A stretch of DNA of 64,000 nucleotides from Squalus acanthias (lineage: Eukaryota): assembly GCA_030390025.1 (NCBI GenBank), contig CM059434.1, positions 107,322,001 to 107,386,000 of the forward strand, in the 5' to 3' direction. Each line of letters opens with the position of its first letter. Position 1 is the first letter of the stretch. This document shows positions 38,256 to 50,240 of the stretch, piece after piece. A program made the position numbers and the translations under genes. Under the pieces are notes generated by a model. The model was not told the origin of the DNA and did no database searches. It saw only the letters and a program-made list of their open reading frames with translations.

Positions 38256-38619
38256 TAGGGTTGCCAACTCTAGTTGGGCGTAGTCCTGGAGGTTTCATCA
38301 CATGACCTACTGCCTCCAACCGCCCCGCCCCCCCACTCTCCCGCTATTGGTCGCTTGACACGTCCATCCTCACCGCGATCCGTCTCCTTTCGCCAGTTGG
38401 TAAATTAACAGGCTTTTTCCCCACCATCTCCAATATTTTTACGACTTCATTTTATAACTAATTTTTATAAATAAGTGAAAATGTTCAACAAAAAAAAGTA
38501 AAAAAAAAACACAATTCTTTTTAACAATGATTTTTCTCCCGGTTTGCCCGCAGCATTCCTGGAGATTAATCTTCAATTTCTGGAGACTCCAGGCCAATCC
38601 TGGAGGGTCGGCAACCCTC
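38256..38619. mobile_element. hAT-family MITE
   Basis: TIRs tagggttgccaac / gtcggcaaccctc; 8-bp TSD ggtgagag at 38248-38255 and 38620-38627. Confidence 0.88.
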
Positions 38620-39329
38620 GGTGAGAGTCGACCCACCCCTGACCATGGACAGTTTTCCCGGGTTAGGGTTATTTGCGAGTTTTTTGGTGGGCCTCTTTTG
38701 TGGATCCCACCTGAGGGGGGCAGGAAATTGGCTGTGGAAGGCCTCAGACCTGCTGCATTATAATGTGGCTGGCAGCATTGGTACTGTCCAAAAGAATTTT
38801 TACATAATCTGTTTAAAGAATAAGCCTATTCAGTCGATCACCCTGCGATTGACTGTACAGGCTAGCGTAGTCCTTTAATTTTTAAATGTCCCCATTGCCA
38901 TGGCAACTCTGGACACCAGGAATGTCCAGGTGATTCTCGAGCCCGGCATTGCTAAGGCGCAAGTGATGGGTAATGTGTTGAGTGATGTAATCCCTTCATT
39001 TACTTGCCATTACATTAAGCCCACCTATATTTGGGTGGAAAATTCCAGGCGGGACAGGGGAGAGCAGGAAGCCGGTGGAACAACTCCCCAAGAGATTTCC
39101 AATTCCCGTCTATTGGAATGATAGTGGAGAGCCGGGTAACTCCAACAGAAAATGCTGGCCCCCAAGTTTAGCAGCTGTGATGAGCGGTTTTGGCTTTGCA
39201 CTGCCTTTAAACTTGTGCAGTGTAGCTCGGTGTGTCGATGCCTGAGCTGACTCTAAAGTGAGACACGGTAAGACTACTGCTTCCAGGGTGTCTGGTCTTC
39301 CAAGCTAAATTTCTTGGCACTGACTCACG

Positions 39330-39985
39330 AAACATACAAAAAAGGATCGGAAAAGATCAGCACGTCCATCAAGGCTGTCCCATCTTGGTATGGTACAACT
39401 TCCGCTCTTCATCGCCCCCACCTTCCCCGCGCACCTCCTCGCCGACGCTCCTCCTACCCCATGCAGCCATGCAATCTCCTGGGTTAGGCAAAAAGAACCT
39501 TAGGCCAATTTAGAAAAACTCTGGAAATTCCTCTCCGACACCCAAAGGTGATCAAGAAAATTTCAGGAGACAATAGTAACTGGGTAACGGATCCCTCAAT
39601 AACCCACCTACCTTCTACAGGTGGATATATTTGCCACGCTCAGGAACTCATCCATCTCCCTTTTGAATCCTTGCAGTGAATCCACACTCACTGCATGTGC
39701 CAGCAACTTATTCCAGAGGTCAAGGACTCGCTGCATCTAACCTAGATCTATGTTTTTGTAACTTCTGCTTATCTCCCCTGATCCTCCCTAACCTAGCTAG
39801 CTCCAGTAGCCTATTCACTTGGACTGAGTCTAACCCTTTCATTATTTTAAAGACCTCAATCCTATTTTCTCAACGTCTATGTTTTTTCAAAGTAAAACGC
39901 CCTGGCTCTCTCAGCCTGTCCTGGTAACTATGGGCCTTTAAACTAAGTATCAGTCTAGTGGCCCTCCTCCAAACCTTATTGAGGG
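39330..39985 (-). mobile_element. old CR1 LINE 3' fragment (family of 61870-63560)
   Basis: Shares gaatccacactcactgcatg and gaaaaga.cagc..gtcc with 61880-62500. Confidence 0.65.
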
Positions 39986-40040
39986 TTAACATCTAAGAAG
40001 TTAACGCCTGCACATATCTTCATGTTGCTGCACCTGCAGT

Positions 40041-40276
40041 AAAAATGAGAAGTCGCACAACACCAGGTTATAGTCCAACAGATTTATTTAATTTTACAAG
40101 CTTTCGGAGCAGTTCGCTCCTTCGTCAGGTAAGTTTAGCTTACCTGACGAAGGAGCGAACTGCTCCGAACTGCTCCGAAAGCTTGTAAAATTAAATAAAT
40201 CTGTTGGACTATAACCTGGTGTTGTGCGACTTCTCATTTTTGTCCACCCCAGTCCAACGCCGGCATCTCCACATCA
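40041..40276. mobile_element. short fold-back Penelope-like element with TSD
   Basis: Inverted arms 40041-40133 / 40139-40241. TSD gcacctgcagt at 40030-40040 and 40277-40287. CTGACGA...GAAA core in both arms. Confidence 0.85.
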
Positions 40277-40451
40277 GCACCTGCAGTAGGCACTGTTAAG
40301 GGGATTTATTATGAAGATTTATTCTACAAATGCAACTATCTTTATTCTGACAGTACATTTATATTATACCGACTGCAAGCATGATAAACTGTCCTTGTGA
40401 AGAATAATATTGCAGCTCAACCTTTACTCACCTTTCATTTTTGGTTTGCAG

Positions 40452-40581
40452 TTGATGCAGACTCTGAGGATTTCTCCGAACTTTTATCGAAGTCCAGCTG
40501 TATCACTGAACAGACTCAGTATTACTTTTATGACAATGAATCCTCCTTCTATGGGCTCGTGGACTGTGGTAACTGTTCGAG
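40452..40581 (+). CDS. CACNA2D1: alpha2delta-1 exon (V)[42 protein letters not shown](R) (start of delta moiety)
   Basis: ttgcag/gtagg, 130 nt, phase 1/2; ORF 40397..40585. Matches [29 protein letters not shown]. Confidence 0.96.
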
Positions 40582-42216
40582 GTAGGATTACAACAAAGCA
40601 CTCTTAGACTCTATTTGTGCAGTGGCTTAGATCAGTGTTTTTCAGACTGTTCGATGTTTGAAAATACTGACAATTTCCAAAAGCCACCGGTCTACATTTC
40701 CAATAGGTATCATTAAAAGAAATCTACCCAAAAGAAAAATTCCATTAAAGAAAGAAAGAACTTGCATTCATGTAGCGCCTTTCACGACCTCAGGATGATC
40801 CCAAAGGGCTTTATAGCCAATGAAATACTTTTGAAGCGTAGTCACTATTGTGATGTAGGAAGGACGGCCACCAATTTGCACCCAGGAAGCTCCCCTTGTG
40901 GTCACCCTTCCTAATATCTCCTATTTTGGCTTGCCGTCCATTTTTGTCTGATTATGCCTCTAAAACAGCTTGGGACGTTTTTCTACATTAAAGGTGTTCA
41001 CATAAATGCCAGTTGTTGTTGCTGTTGCAAGGTGTGAATGGCCCCAATGCACAGAAGTCCTTAGCTTGGATAGATAACAGTGCTAACAGGTTACAGAAAT
41101 AAAGGAAGAGAACTACAACAGCGACTCACATTTATGTAGCTGCTGCTATGTAATGAAACATGCCAAGGCGCTTTCACAGCAATAATTGACACTGAGCAGG
41201 AAAGAGGGGAGGCGACTGCGGCATGCCCAAAGAGGTGGAGTCGAGGACATTTTTGAAGGTGGGGAGAGAAGATGCAGACTTTTTTGAGGAGAATTCCCAA
41301 GTGCAGAGTCTCTGCCACTAATGGGGGAGTGGCTGGCGGGGCCGGGTGACAGTGTACAAGTCACAAGAGCAGACTTTCTCCCCGAGTTGGAAAAAAATCC
41401 CCAAGTCAGTGAAGATGGCAGTTTCAGGTTCTCAATTGCGACATTGGTTTCTGCACATCACCTGGCATGTGGTTCGTGACATCTCCATCTTATTCCTGCT
41501 GAAGCTGCTCCCATGATGAGCATGCCTGGCAAATGGAACATTAGCATTGTATTTGTTGAGGGAGAGCTACGTGCTCATTTTTACTGCGGTGATACAATTA
41601 GCAAGAAATTCAATTCAACAGAAGTTGTTTCATTGTGTTGCAGCATTTGACAATCCGAGGGAAGAGGTTTGCGAGACACTTTTCATGAAAGATGGTGCCT
41701 CGGTATTAATGTCACAATGCTGATGTGTGCCGTGTGGGATTCGACTGCAGGCGATGTAAAAAAGATAAGGGGTTAGGTAAAATGTTTGTGGCATTTTTTT
41801 TGTTAATATTAAAAATAAGAGGGTGAAATTAGTCTTTGCCAGTGGTACGAAATGAGCTCATAGCGAATCAGTAGCCCGTTTCACACCACCCTTTGAAGTC
41901 AATGGAAAGGAAAGTTGGGCGTGGTGTAGAAGAGGCTGCCGATTCGCTGAGAATCCATTTCACGCTACTGGTGAAGATCAATTTCATTCCCATGAAATCG
42001 AACCAAAAGAAATGACAGTTTTTTCCAAATGAGACTAAAATGGCTGCATAATGGACTATCCTTTGATCAGAATCTTTGCTCATTCAGCCCAGAAATGATG
42101 CACATCCATTCCCCTTGGTTAATATTTTTCACAAAATCATTTTTGATCAAAAGTTATTTCCCTTTCTTGTGTTCACTCTGCTGAATATTAATTTGATGTC
42201 AATGTTTATTTTTTAG

Positions 42217-42329
42217 GCTTTACCATGCGGAGAAGCTCTCCAAGACAAACCTGGTGTTTATACTGGTGGAGAGTAAGCCCACATGTCAGTCCTGTGACTC
42301 AAAGCCTCTTATGCAAGCAGAACAAAAAT
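42217..42329 (+). CDS. CACNA2D1: alpha2delta-1 exon [37 protein letters not shown]
   Basis: ttttag acceptor, U12-type donor gtatcct, 113 nt, phase 2/1. Matches [34 protein letters not shown]. Confidence 0.94.
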
Positions 42330-45228
42330 GTATCCTCTACTGGGCCAATGTTGTACTAAAGGGCTACTTTCCATCACTGAGCACAGTAGTTTGATGGGTG
42401 ATTAGGAATGGTAGTTACAAATGGGACACTAATGCGATTGCAATAGTGATTCTATCACTGCTCAATCTTGTAGAGTCAACTCAGAACAGGAACATGTATG
42501 GTACGTGTTGCACAGTAATAAAAGAGGCGTTGTTAATCACAAATGATAAAAATATTACTTGGTACTCTTGATTTGCTATTGGGATGTCATGGGCTGCAAC
42601 ATCCTCCCCCAGATCAGTTGACACAGTGCATGGGCAATGGACTGGAGATTACAAAGCTAGACTGGAGTTCTATCTTAATACTCTCAGGAAGCACAAGCTG
42701 GGATGTGCTGCCAATCCCATGAGATGCAGGCTCAAAACGATTACTGGAAGTCCTTTTATTAGGTCCATTTTTGTGAAGAGGCAAGACAGTTGGAATATTA
42801 AACTATGGGATTAATAGTAGTAACTGATAATTTTAGTAGTGTGTTTAAAGAAGGCGGAGGCCAAAAATCTGCAACCCTTGTGGTGCACTCCCACAATAAC
42901 TTTGGTGGGGCACAGTTTAAACCAGGCCCTAGATAGGCCACATTCTTGCATGGAAATTCATCTGGGTCTTGTTGGGAGCCTCTGCCCACCTCAAACAAAG
43001 CTAACGGCATAAGGTGGGGTGGAGACTCCCTTCATTAGGAGCTCCCACATCTCCGACCCTCAGAGGGATCTGGTGTAGGGTTGGTTGGATTGTGCCATTA
43101 CTATCAAAAGACGAAAGTGGGGCTCATTTGGGGGTCTAGACTGAGATCGTGCTAGAAGATCTTGACCCTCTTCTGTGGATCAAACCTGATAAATGTGGAG
43201 TCCAGCGACTGTATTTGACATGGCTTTATCCCCAGCATGGCAGACTTTGTGTCTGCAATTTTATGGCCTATTCCCTATCAATCTTGCATTTCTTGAGAGT
43301 TTTTTCCCCACACAAATGGGGAGATGTGACATCTTTATATTCCATTTAGTGTTACATGAGTGGTTTGAGTTCGGGATAACGGCTTCTCATACTAGTAAGG
43401 AATGTCTGTAGTATAAACACAGCACCTTCTAGAGTACTTAACTTAGAGGCTTTAATTAGTTTATGGCTTTTCAATGGCTTTAACTAGCTGAGAGCTTGTT
43501 TTAGCTAACAGTCTTTTCCCAGCATTATGTTCAACAGCTAAATTCCATTTTGTGTGGCCAGCTTTCAAGCTAAAACTCCATTTTAGCCACATTTCAGGCA
43601 ATTCCTCTATGAAGCTTGAAGGCATCTTTTGGGCATTTTATGGAGCACCGTTCCTACAACCCCTTCATCTATTTCAACTTCACTCTTCAAGTTCCATCCT
43701 ACCTGTCAAGTACACATGCCTCCTATTTGTACTTCCAGTATACAATACTTTTACATTTGTCCGTATTGAATTTCACTTGCTATTGAATGGCCCAGGCTGC
43801 CTCGTCTGAGTCATAGCTTGATGTGATCTTCAATAACTACATTTATTAAGGTTACAATTCCAGGGAATCTATGTAGACCAGGAACAGAAGGAGTCCCAGG
43901 TTAGACCCCCTGGGGAGGCAAATCAATACTCGCACCGCTTCCCCACCCCCCCACCCCTACATTGTGATCTAGCTCTTGACTACTCTCTGCTTCCTCTCCT
44001 CTAGTCAGTTACTAATCCATGACTTCCCCTCAATGTCCACCGAGCTCACACTGTTGAGGAGTCTTCCATGCAGTACTTAACAAAGGTCTTATGGAAGTCT
44101 GAGTGTACCGTCTGATGGTTTCCTTATCAATTTGGGATGTCACTTCCTCAAAAGTCTGTGTTTCAGGCAGTATTTACTCTTTTTAGGCTGTCATTTATTA
44201 GGTTATCTTCATACAGGTCATTTTTTTCCTGATTATTGATTCCATTTTCCTATTGTTGAGCAACTACAGATGACCCTTCAGCTTCTAGGTATGGCTCTGT
44301 GGTTGCCAGTAGGGCTTGTGTCACTGTTCTTGGATATTGGAAATACTTTTGCCTCTTTCCAGTTTGTTGGAACTTCCCCAGTATTCACCGATTCCCAGAA
44401 AGTAACAGTCAGTGCTTCAGAAATCTCATCTCTTGTCCTGGTGGTTCAGCCCTTTTGTTTTATTTCGAACCTCTGCTTCACTTATAGTGAAGTCCTGGGT
44501 AACATTTGAGGTGTGTTTCATTTGGACGGAATATATGTCCACGCTGGTAAAAGAAAAAATCCTCCAAGTATTAGTTTGATGACCTGCTCATTCTCCTGTT
44601 CAGCTCCATATGGGTCCCTTCGGGTCTTAAGTTCCTCCTTGACTGCCCTATTGCTGTTATTAGATCCGAAGATTTCGGTTTTTTAGAATTATGTTTTGCA
44701 TTTAGTTCTGTGACCCTCTACAGTTCTTTTCTTGGCACCTCAACCATTTTTTGTAATCTGCTTCTGTAAAGGCCTTTAACTTGGCCCACTGAGCATGCGC
44801 TCCCTTCTTGACACATTCTATAAATCTTATTTTATTCCCAATCTCCTGAATTTTAGCTATAATATGGTGCACAAAGTTGATTACTGGTGATATGCCGGGA
44901 GACTTGGAGAGGCCCCAGGCTACATAAAATAAGTAATAAGTTACAGTTGATCATTCCTGAATGCATTCATTTTGAAACAGAAAGTCTCTGTGGGAATTGC
45001 AGGCAACCCTGCTGCCTTGACCAATTTCCCTTTAACTATAGACCATATAAATCCTCACTAATTGAATTTAAATGTGAAAGAGCGTGCAAAAATACCAACT
45101 CAATTGATTCTCAGTTGACAAAATGATGAATAGCTGGAGAATAATGTAGTGATGTTTTAAAAGTGAACGTTTATGGAATGCATTTTGTTTTCTTTCATAG
45201 TCTGTTTTTCCTTAATTACACTGTGCAG
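42330..45228 (+). other. U12-type (minor spliceosome) GT-AG intron
   Basis: 5' splice site GTATCCTC (consensus RTATCCTT). Branch site TTCCTTAAT at 45208-45216, about 13 nt from the cag acceptor, with no polypyrimidine tract in between. Confidence 0.88.
43700..44830 (-). mobile_element. highly decayed CR1 LINE RT region
   Basis: Reverse strand gives remnants such as YLDF.K.F.KV.H.RLL and WKEAKVFPI.K. Confidence 0.5.
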
Positions 45229-45311
45229 CTGATGGACCTGATCCTTGTCTTTTAGCTCAGAACCCTAGACACAGGAAAGGTCCCGATGTATGCTTTGATT
45301 CTGATGAGCGT
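45229..45311 (+). CDS. CACNA2D1: alpha2delta-1 penultimate exon (S)[27 protein letters not shown]
   Basis: gtgcag/gtaagt, 83 nt, phase 1/0. Matches [24 protein letters not shown]. Confidence 0.96.
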
Positions 45312-45819
45312 GTAAGTATGCAAGGTTTGGACTCAGGAAGAAAATTGAGCAGTAAATGAATATCTTGGAGTTTTGCTGTAGTATGTAGCATCTGGCGAGG
45401 TTGTGTCCAGATAGCAACTTTGTACAAATGTGATACTGCTCTGGGCCATAGTTTCTTTATTTTGATAACATATCATAACTCTTTTGGAATGTTAACATAA
45501 AATTAACTGCAGCTTTCGATATCCTTTCTTCGAATACTCTACTTTCACGCATGAAATCTGGTTAATTGTGACTGAAGTTTGTCCCCAGTGCGTGGAGCCT
45601 TGCTTCTCCTATACACACTCTTTCTATAATACCATAAGGTTGTTCAATATCAGAATGTTCTTCAAGACAGTTTCTCCATAATGGATGGATATATATCTCT
45701 CTGCTGATCTCAAATTTCATGCAATAAGTCTGAGTTAAAAAAATCAGTAGTTGTGTAACCTGGAGCACACTGAAGGCTCTATTGGTAACAACAGGATCTC
45801 AGCTTCTCCTGTATACTAT

Positions 45820-46790
45820 AGAATATTACAGCAAAGAACGTCTGCATGGTCTTTCTTCATATGAACCATCCATTCCAATCCGTCTTCTCTACTATTTCTA
45901 ACACCCTTAATATTTCTCGTTTTCAAGCAACAATCTAATTCCCTTTTAAAGGAGTTAATGGGCTCTGCTCCAATAAGCATTCATGGCTTAGTATAGAGAA
46001 TTCTATATTCTAGCCGTCCTTAGTGTAAAGAATCTTTCTTCTAACCTTCAACAACCCATCACTATTCACCTTCATGATCCTGACGACTTCTGTCATGTCA
46101 CCTTGAACATTCTCAGCTCTAGCAATAAAGTCCCTTCTACTCAGCCTTGCTTCATAACAATAACTCACCATCCTTGCTAACATTTTAGTAAATCTACATT
46201 GCACCTTTTCCATTGCTTTTATGTCCTTCCTTATACAGGAAACTCTCTTTTAACCGGCACCCAAATAACCGGAAATCTCTCTTAACCGGCAAAATTCTTG
46301 AGTAGGTAACCGGGGTTTTCCTTCATCTCTCCTTTAAAAATAACTTTAAAAAAAACCCTGAGGCGTTTGCCTTGTATCGGAGCATGTAGATTGGGAGGGG
46401 ACTGTGCAGCCCGGGTAGGCAGCGGACACGACAGATGGTCAGTTCGTGGTCCCCGGGGAGACGGAGCTCCGAATGCAGGCGCATGTCAGTGTGTACGGGG
46501 CTCTCGTACGTTGGGAGAAAAAACTCTCCATTATCCGGACTTTTTGATTAACCGGCACCACGCCAGTCCCGTCGGTGCCGGTTAATAAAGAGTTTCCTGT
46601 ATAATGGGGTGGCCAAAACTTTATACAATATCCAACTGCAGCTTAACTAAGGTCTTGTACAAGTTCAACATTAACTCCATACATGCCTTGAGGTACAAAA
46701 CCAAGGATTCTGCTTAACCTTTTGTATGGCCTTATCTACTTGAATTACCATCATTAATGACTTGTGTATCTGCACATCAAAGCCTATTTT
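45820..46790 (-). mobile_element. old CR1 3' fragment interrupted by a MITE
   Basis: ORF 46010..46213 MEKVQCRFTKML...YEARL; continues after 46601 as YKTLVKLQLDIV.FWPP. Confidence 0.7.
46236..46599. mobile_element. Tc1/mariner-superfamily (pogo/Tigger-like) MITE
   Basis: 25-bp TIRs caggaaactctcttttaaccggcac / gtgccggttaataaagagtttcctg (23/25 match), TA flanks. Confidence 0.88.
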
Positions 46791-48440
46791 TCCCTTTCTC
46801 CAGTACTTCCAAAGAATATTCTGTTACATGTTATTGGGTAGCATAGCTCCTTAAGACATTCATCTATGGATGTGTTTTTTGGAAAAAATAACATAACGAA
46901 TGATCTGCAAGAGGTGTGTTTAAAAAAAAAAACAAGGCTGTATTCCCCATTTCTAAACTTGAGTTTACTACTCTTGTACTATATTGCACACCATTCTTGG
47001 CTGAAAAGATGATTTAGTAATCGGGTCCCATGACTAAACTGGTGTCGTTTTTACTTAGTGTGAGTTGCCTGACCCTGATCAAAGATGTTTTGCCCTCTGA
47101 TTTCTCCTCTTCCTCGAGCTGGGGAACCACCTTGCTCCCATTCTATGCCTCCACCAATAATGAGGCTGAGATCAGAAGTAACAGTTGTGAACTCTGAACC
47201 TGGCACTCTGCAGCACTGCAGACACATTTATAACTTTCACTGCCAGACTATCAGCAGCTGAATGTTTACCGTTACAGTCCCCTTTAAAGCTGAAGTGGGA
47301 ACACTTTCTGTTCTGTATCTATCTCAAAAAATATAATTAAAAATACATGCTGTACCATTATTGAAATTTTCTTGAATCTTTAGTTTTCACAGAGACCTGG
47401 CACTTTGGGTCTCCTTCCCACCAGAGCAATTCCATGACATCACTAACGAGGGCAATGTATGGGCTCCATTCCTTATAATGAGGTCTGCAGCTAAGAACAG
47501 GCTTATGAACTGATCCAGAAGGTCATGCCTGATGAGAACATATGGTATCAGCTGGGTATGTTACAAACTTTGCCAGTCTCCTTTCTCTCTCTTGACTTCC
47601 CCAATTCCCTGGCATTTGAATTTTTAATTACAATGAACAATTAGCCCTGATCAACTTTGGTAATTCATAATCTTGGAAACTTCTATCAGGTCATCCCGAA
47701 ACCTCCTTCATAAACAGTTTTTTTTAATCCTGCGGGTGGTATGAGGAGTAACAAATGTAGTAACTTTAGGCAATAATTAATTTTCCGAGTTTAGTGATTA
47801 TCCTAAATGGCTTGAGTTTTGTTCTGACTTTTCTGCATTTTACAACACTTGTACGGTGGCTTCCACTCTTATAATTTAAGAATTGCTTGATTGAGTTGCT
47901 GCCTTAAGATAATAGCAACTTTCCTATGTATACTGAGTGGGAATGTCATTGCTAAAGATCCTAAACTAGGTGCATTAAAAGATGGAGTCCATTAATCCAA
48001 TTTGGCCTCATGCTGCCTACATAAACTTTCATCATAACTGCTTGGGGACCTAGTCACAAAAAAATCTTGCATATTATGCATTTGAGATGGTTACACATAC
48101 CATGCCTGCAACTAGCTGAAGATCTGCATATTCCTGATCTCTCATGATGCCAAAAATATCATGTGGTCTCCCCACAAGTCCTTTGCGTGAAAGTACAGTA
48201 GCACTGTTGCTCACAAGCTTGACGTCTTTGCTGATGGATGTGTTATTGTGTGTGTTTTTAATTTGTTAATAGTGGGGTATTTTCTGTTTTGTGATTTACA
48301 CTGTGACTTTCTGCTCTAGGTGGACGCTCACATTAACTCTGCCAGCAGCCAGCCAAATGCATGAACTCATCTTGTTTGTCTCTTTTTTTTTTTGTGTTCC
48401 CTTTCTTTTTTCTTCTTGCTACTTTGCCCGTTGTTAATAG

Positions 48441-48590
48441 GATGAGCCTATATGCACAACAAGTCGTGCCTCTGCCGTGGAGTCAGCTCCTCTCTTCATT
48501 TTACTGCAAGTTTTGATGTGGTGCGGAGGGTCAGTTACTTTCACTGGATTTTGTTCTTTAGTTTCCTTCTTAGGTGTGATATTAACATGA
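48441..48590 (+). CDS. CACNA2D1: candidate alternative terminal exon DEPICTTSRASAVESAPLFILLQVLMWCGGSVTFTGFCSLVSFLGVILT*
   Basis: About 70-nt pyrimidine-rich tract then aatag acceptor. Phase 0 matches the preceding donor. 49 open codons with an acidic start, Cys at position 5 and a hydrophobic tail. No transcript evidence available. Confidence 0.55.
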   Translation, partial: DEPICTTSRASAVESAPLFILLQVLMWCGGSVTFTGFCSLVSFLGVILT

Positions 48591-49859
48591 AATTAACATC
48601 CTACAAATGATTGTGGTCCAGAGCGAACTTATTGTGGTTTGATAATTGCAAAGCAAGTTTTTTTCCAACTACGTTTGTGTTTCCTTTTTGAATTAGATTT
48701 TTTTTTCTTAGAGCTATTAATTTTGAGTTCTTTCCAGAACGCGAGTGTTCGCACATCGTGTATGTATTATTTAATAGTGCATTTGAATTTATTTTCATAG
48801 ACAAAAATCATGCTTAATAGTCTGTCAGTTTGGTAGATAAAATTGAAACATAATTATAGCACATGGAGAGCCATATTAACTACATTTCAGTAAAGGGAAA
48901 TTTAAAAAAAAAATAGATTGACTTAAAAAAATAGTTTTGCAACACTAAGATATACATTTTAATTTCCTGAAATACAAAAATTACAAAATAGATTAAGACA
49001 ATACAAATTTTTGATGGAACTTAACTTTTGACCAGGCTGAGATTTTATAAAGATAAAATTATGTATTTTTTTTAGTTTTATAAGTTTGATATAATGTAGA
49101 TGTTAATCTCTGTATTTCCCCTTCCAAATATTGCCCTTTCCTTCTAAAGCTCTTCTAGTTCCCCATTGGCTGGGTGAGTGTGATGGGCAAGTGGGACTAT
49201 GGACCTGTCTACAGCCCTGCTCCAAACACTTACAGATCCTGTGGTTCAGTCCTGAGTCGATGCTGGTGAGCCAAGCTCATCACCCATGGCAAGTGATCGT
49301 GTAGCTATTTTTTCCATCTGGAATAAAAATCTCCTCACTGTTGCTATATCCTTCTCTTGGGGCCTTCTGGATGTAGAACAGCAAAATCCAGCAAGCATCC
49401 AATTCGTTCCGTGCACACCTGAACTGAAAAGTTACTTTGGGGTTTAGAATTCTGATACACGTGCATATCGCAAAATTGCGCAATTCTGTGTTATGTGCCT
49501 TGGGCATGCACCAGATGCAGGTGCATTGGAACTTTTTACCCCTTAGTTATGTAGTTTAAAACTAAAGTCACAAATTTGAATAAGAACTTAATGCACAATT
49601 ATAAGAGTTGACAAAAGAAATCTGTAGCATTTGAATTTCCAGCATTATATTTTTCTTTTTAAAGTCTTTTGATTTTGCTTATAACAATCTTTTTATCTTA
49701 TGGAGTCCACTGTTTTAAATTGTTGGACACTGTTGAGAGCAAATAGAATGAATGATTTTTTTTTTTAAGATTAGGCAGCACTTCATCACATTTTGTTTAA
49801 CTGTGAAGTGAAACACAATCCCGTGTAACTACCGTTCAGACATCAAGATAGTTTCCATC

Positions 49860-50240
49860 TTACAAATGGGGAAAGTCATTTAGCCCATCTTAATTCATCC
49901 ATCCAGATTGGTGCATCTAATTGTTTCTTAAATGATTCCATGGTTTTTGGCTTCATTATTCTATCTGCAACCGTTCATCATCCTTTGAGTGAAGAACTTC
50001 CTGATATCAGTTCTAAATTTACCTTTTACTTGAATGACTCTGTTGTTTCTTGGCGACCAGAGCTCAAAACAGTATTCAAGCTGTGGTCTGACCAACGCAC
50101 TGTACAGTTTGATCACAATTTCCTATGGCTTATATTCTACTGTTTTTGCTACGTAGCTCAACCATCTGTTGGCTTTGTTGATTGCTGCTCTGCAGTGGTT
50201 GGACATGTTTAGCATTGAGTCTACGGGTCTCTTTCCACTT
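49860..50240 (-). mobile_element. old CR1 3' fragment
   Basis: Reverse strand VRPQLEYCFELWSP-like segment and CR1-type 3' UTR. Confidence 0.6.
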
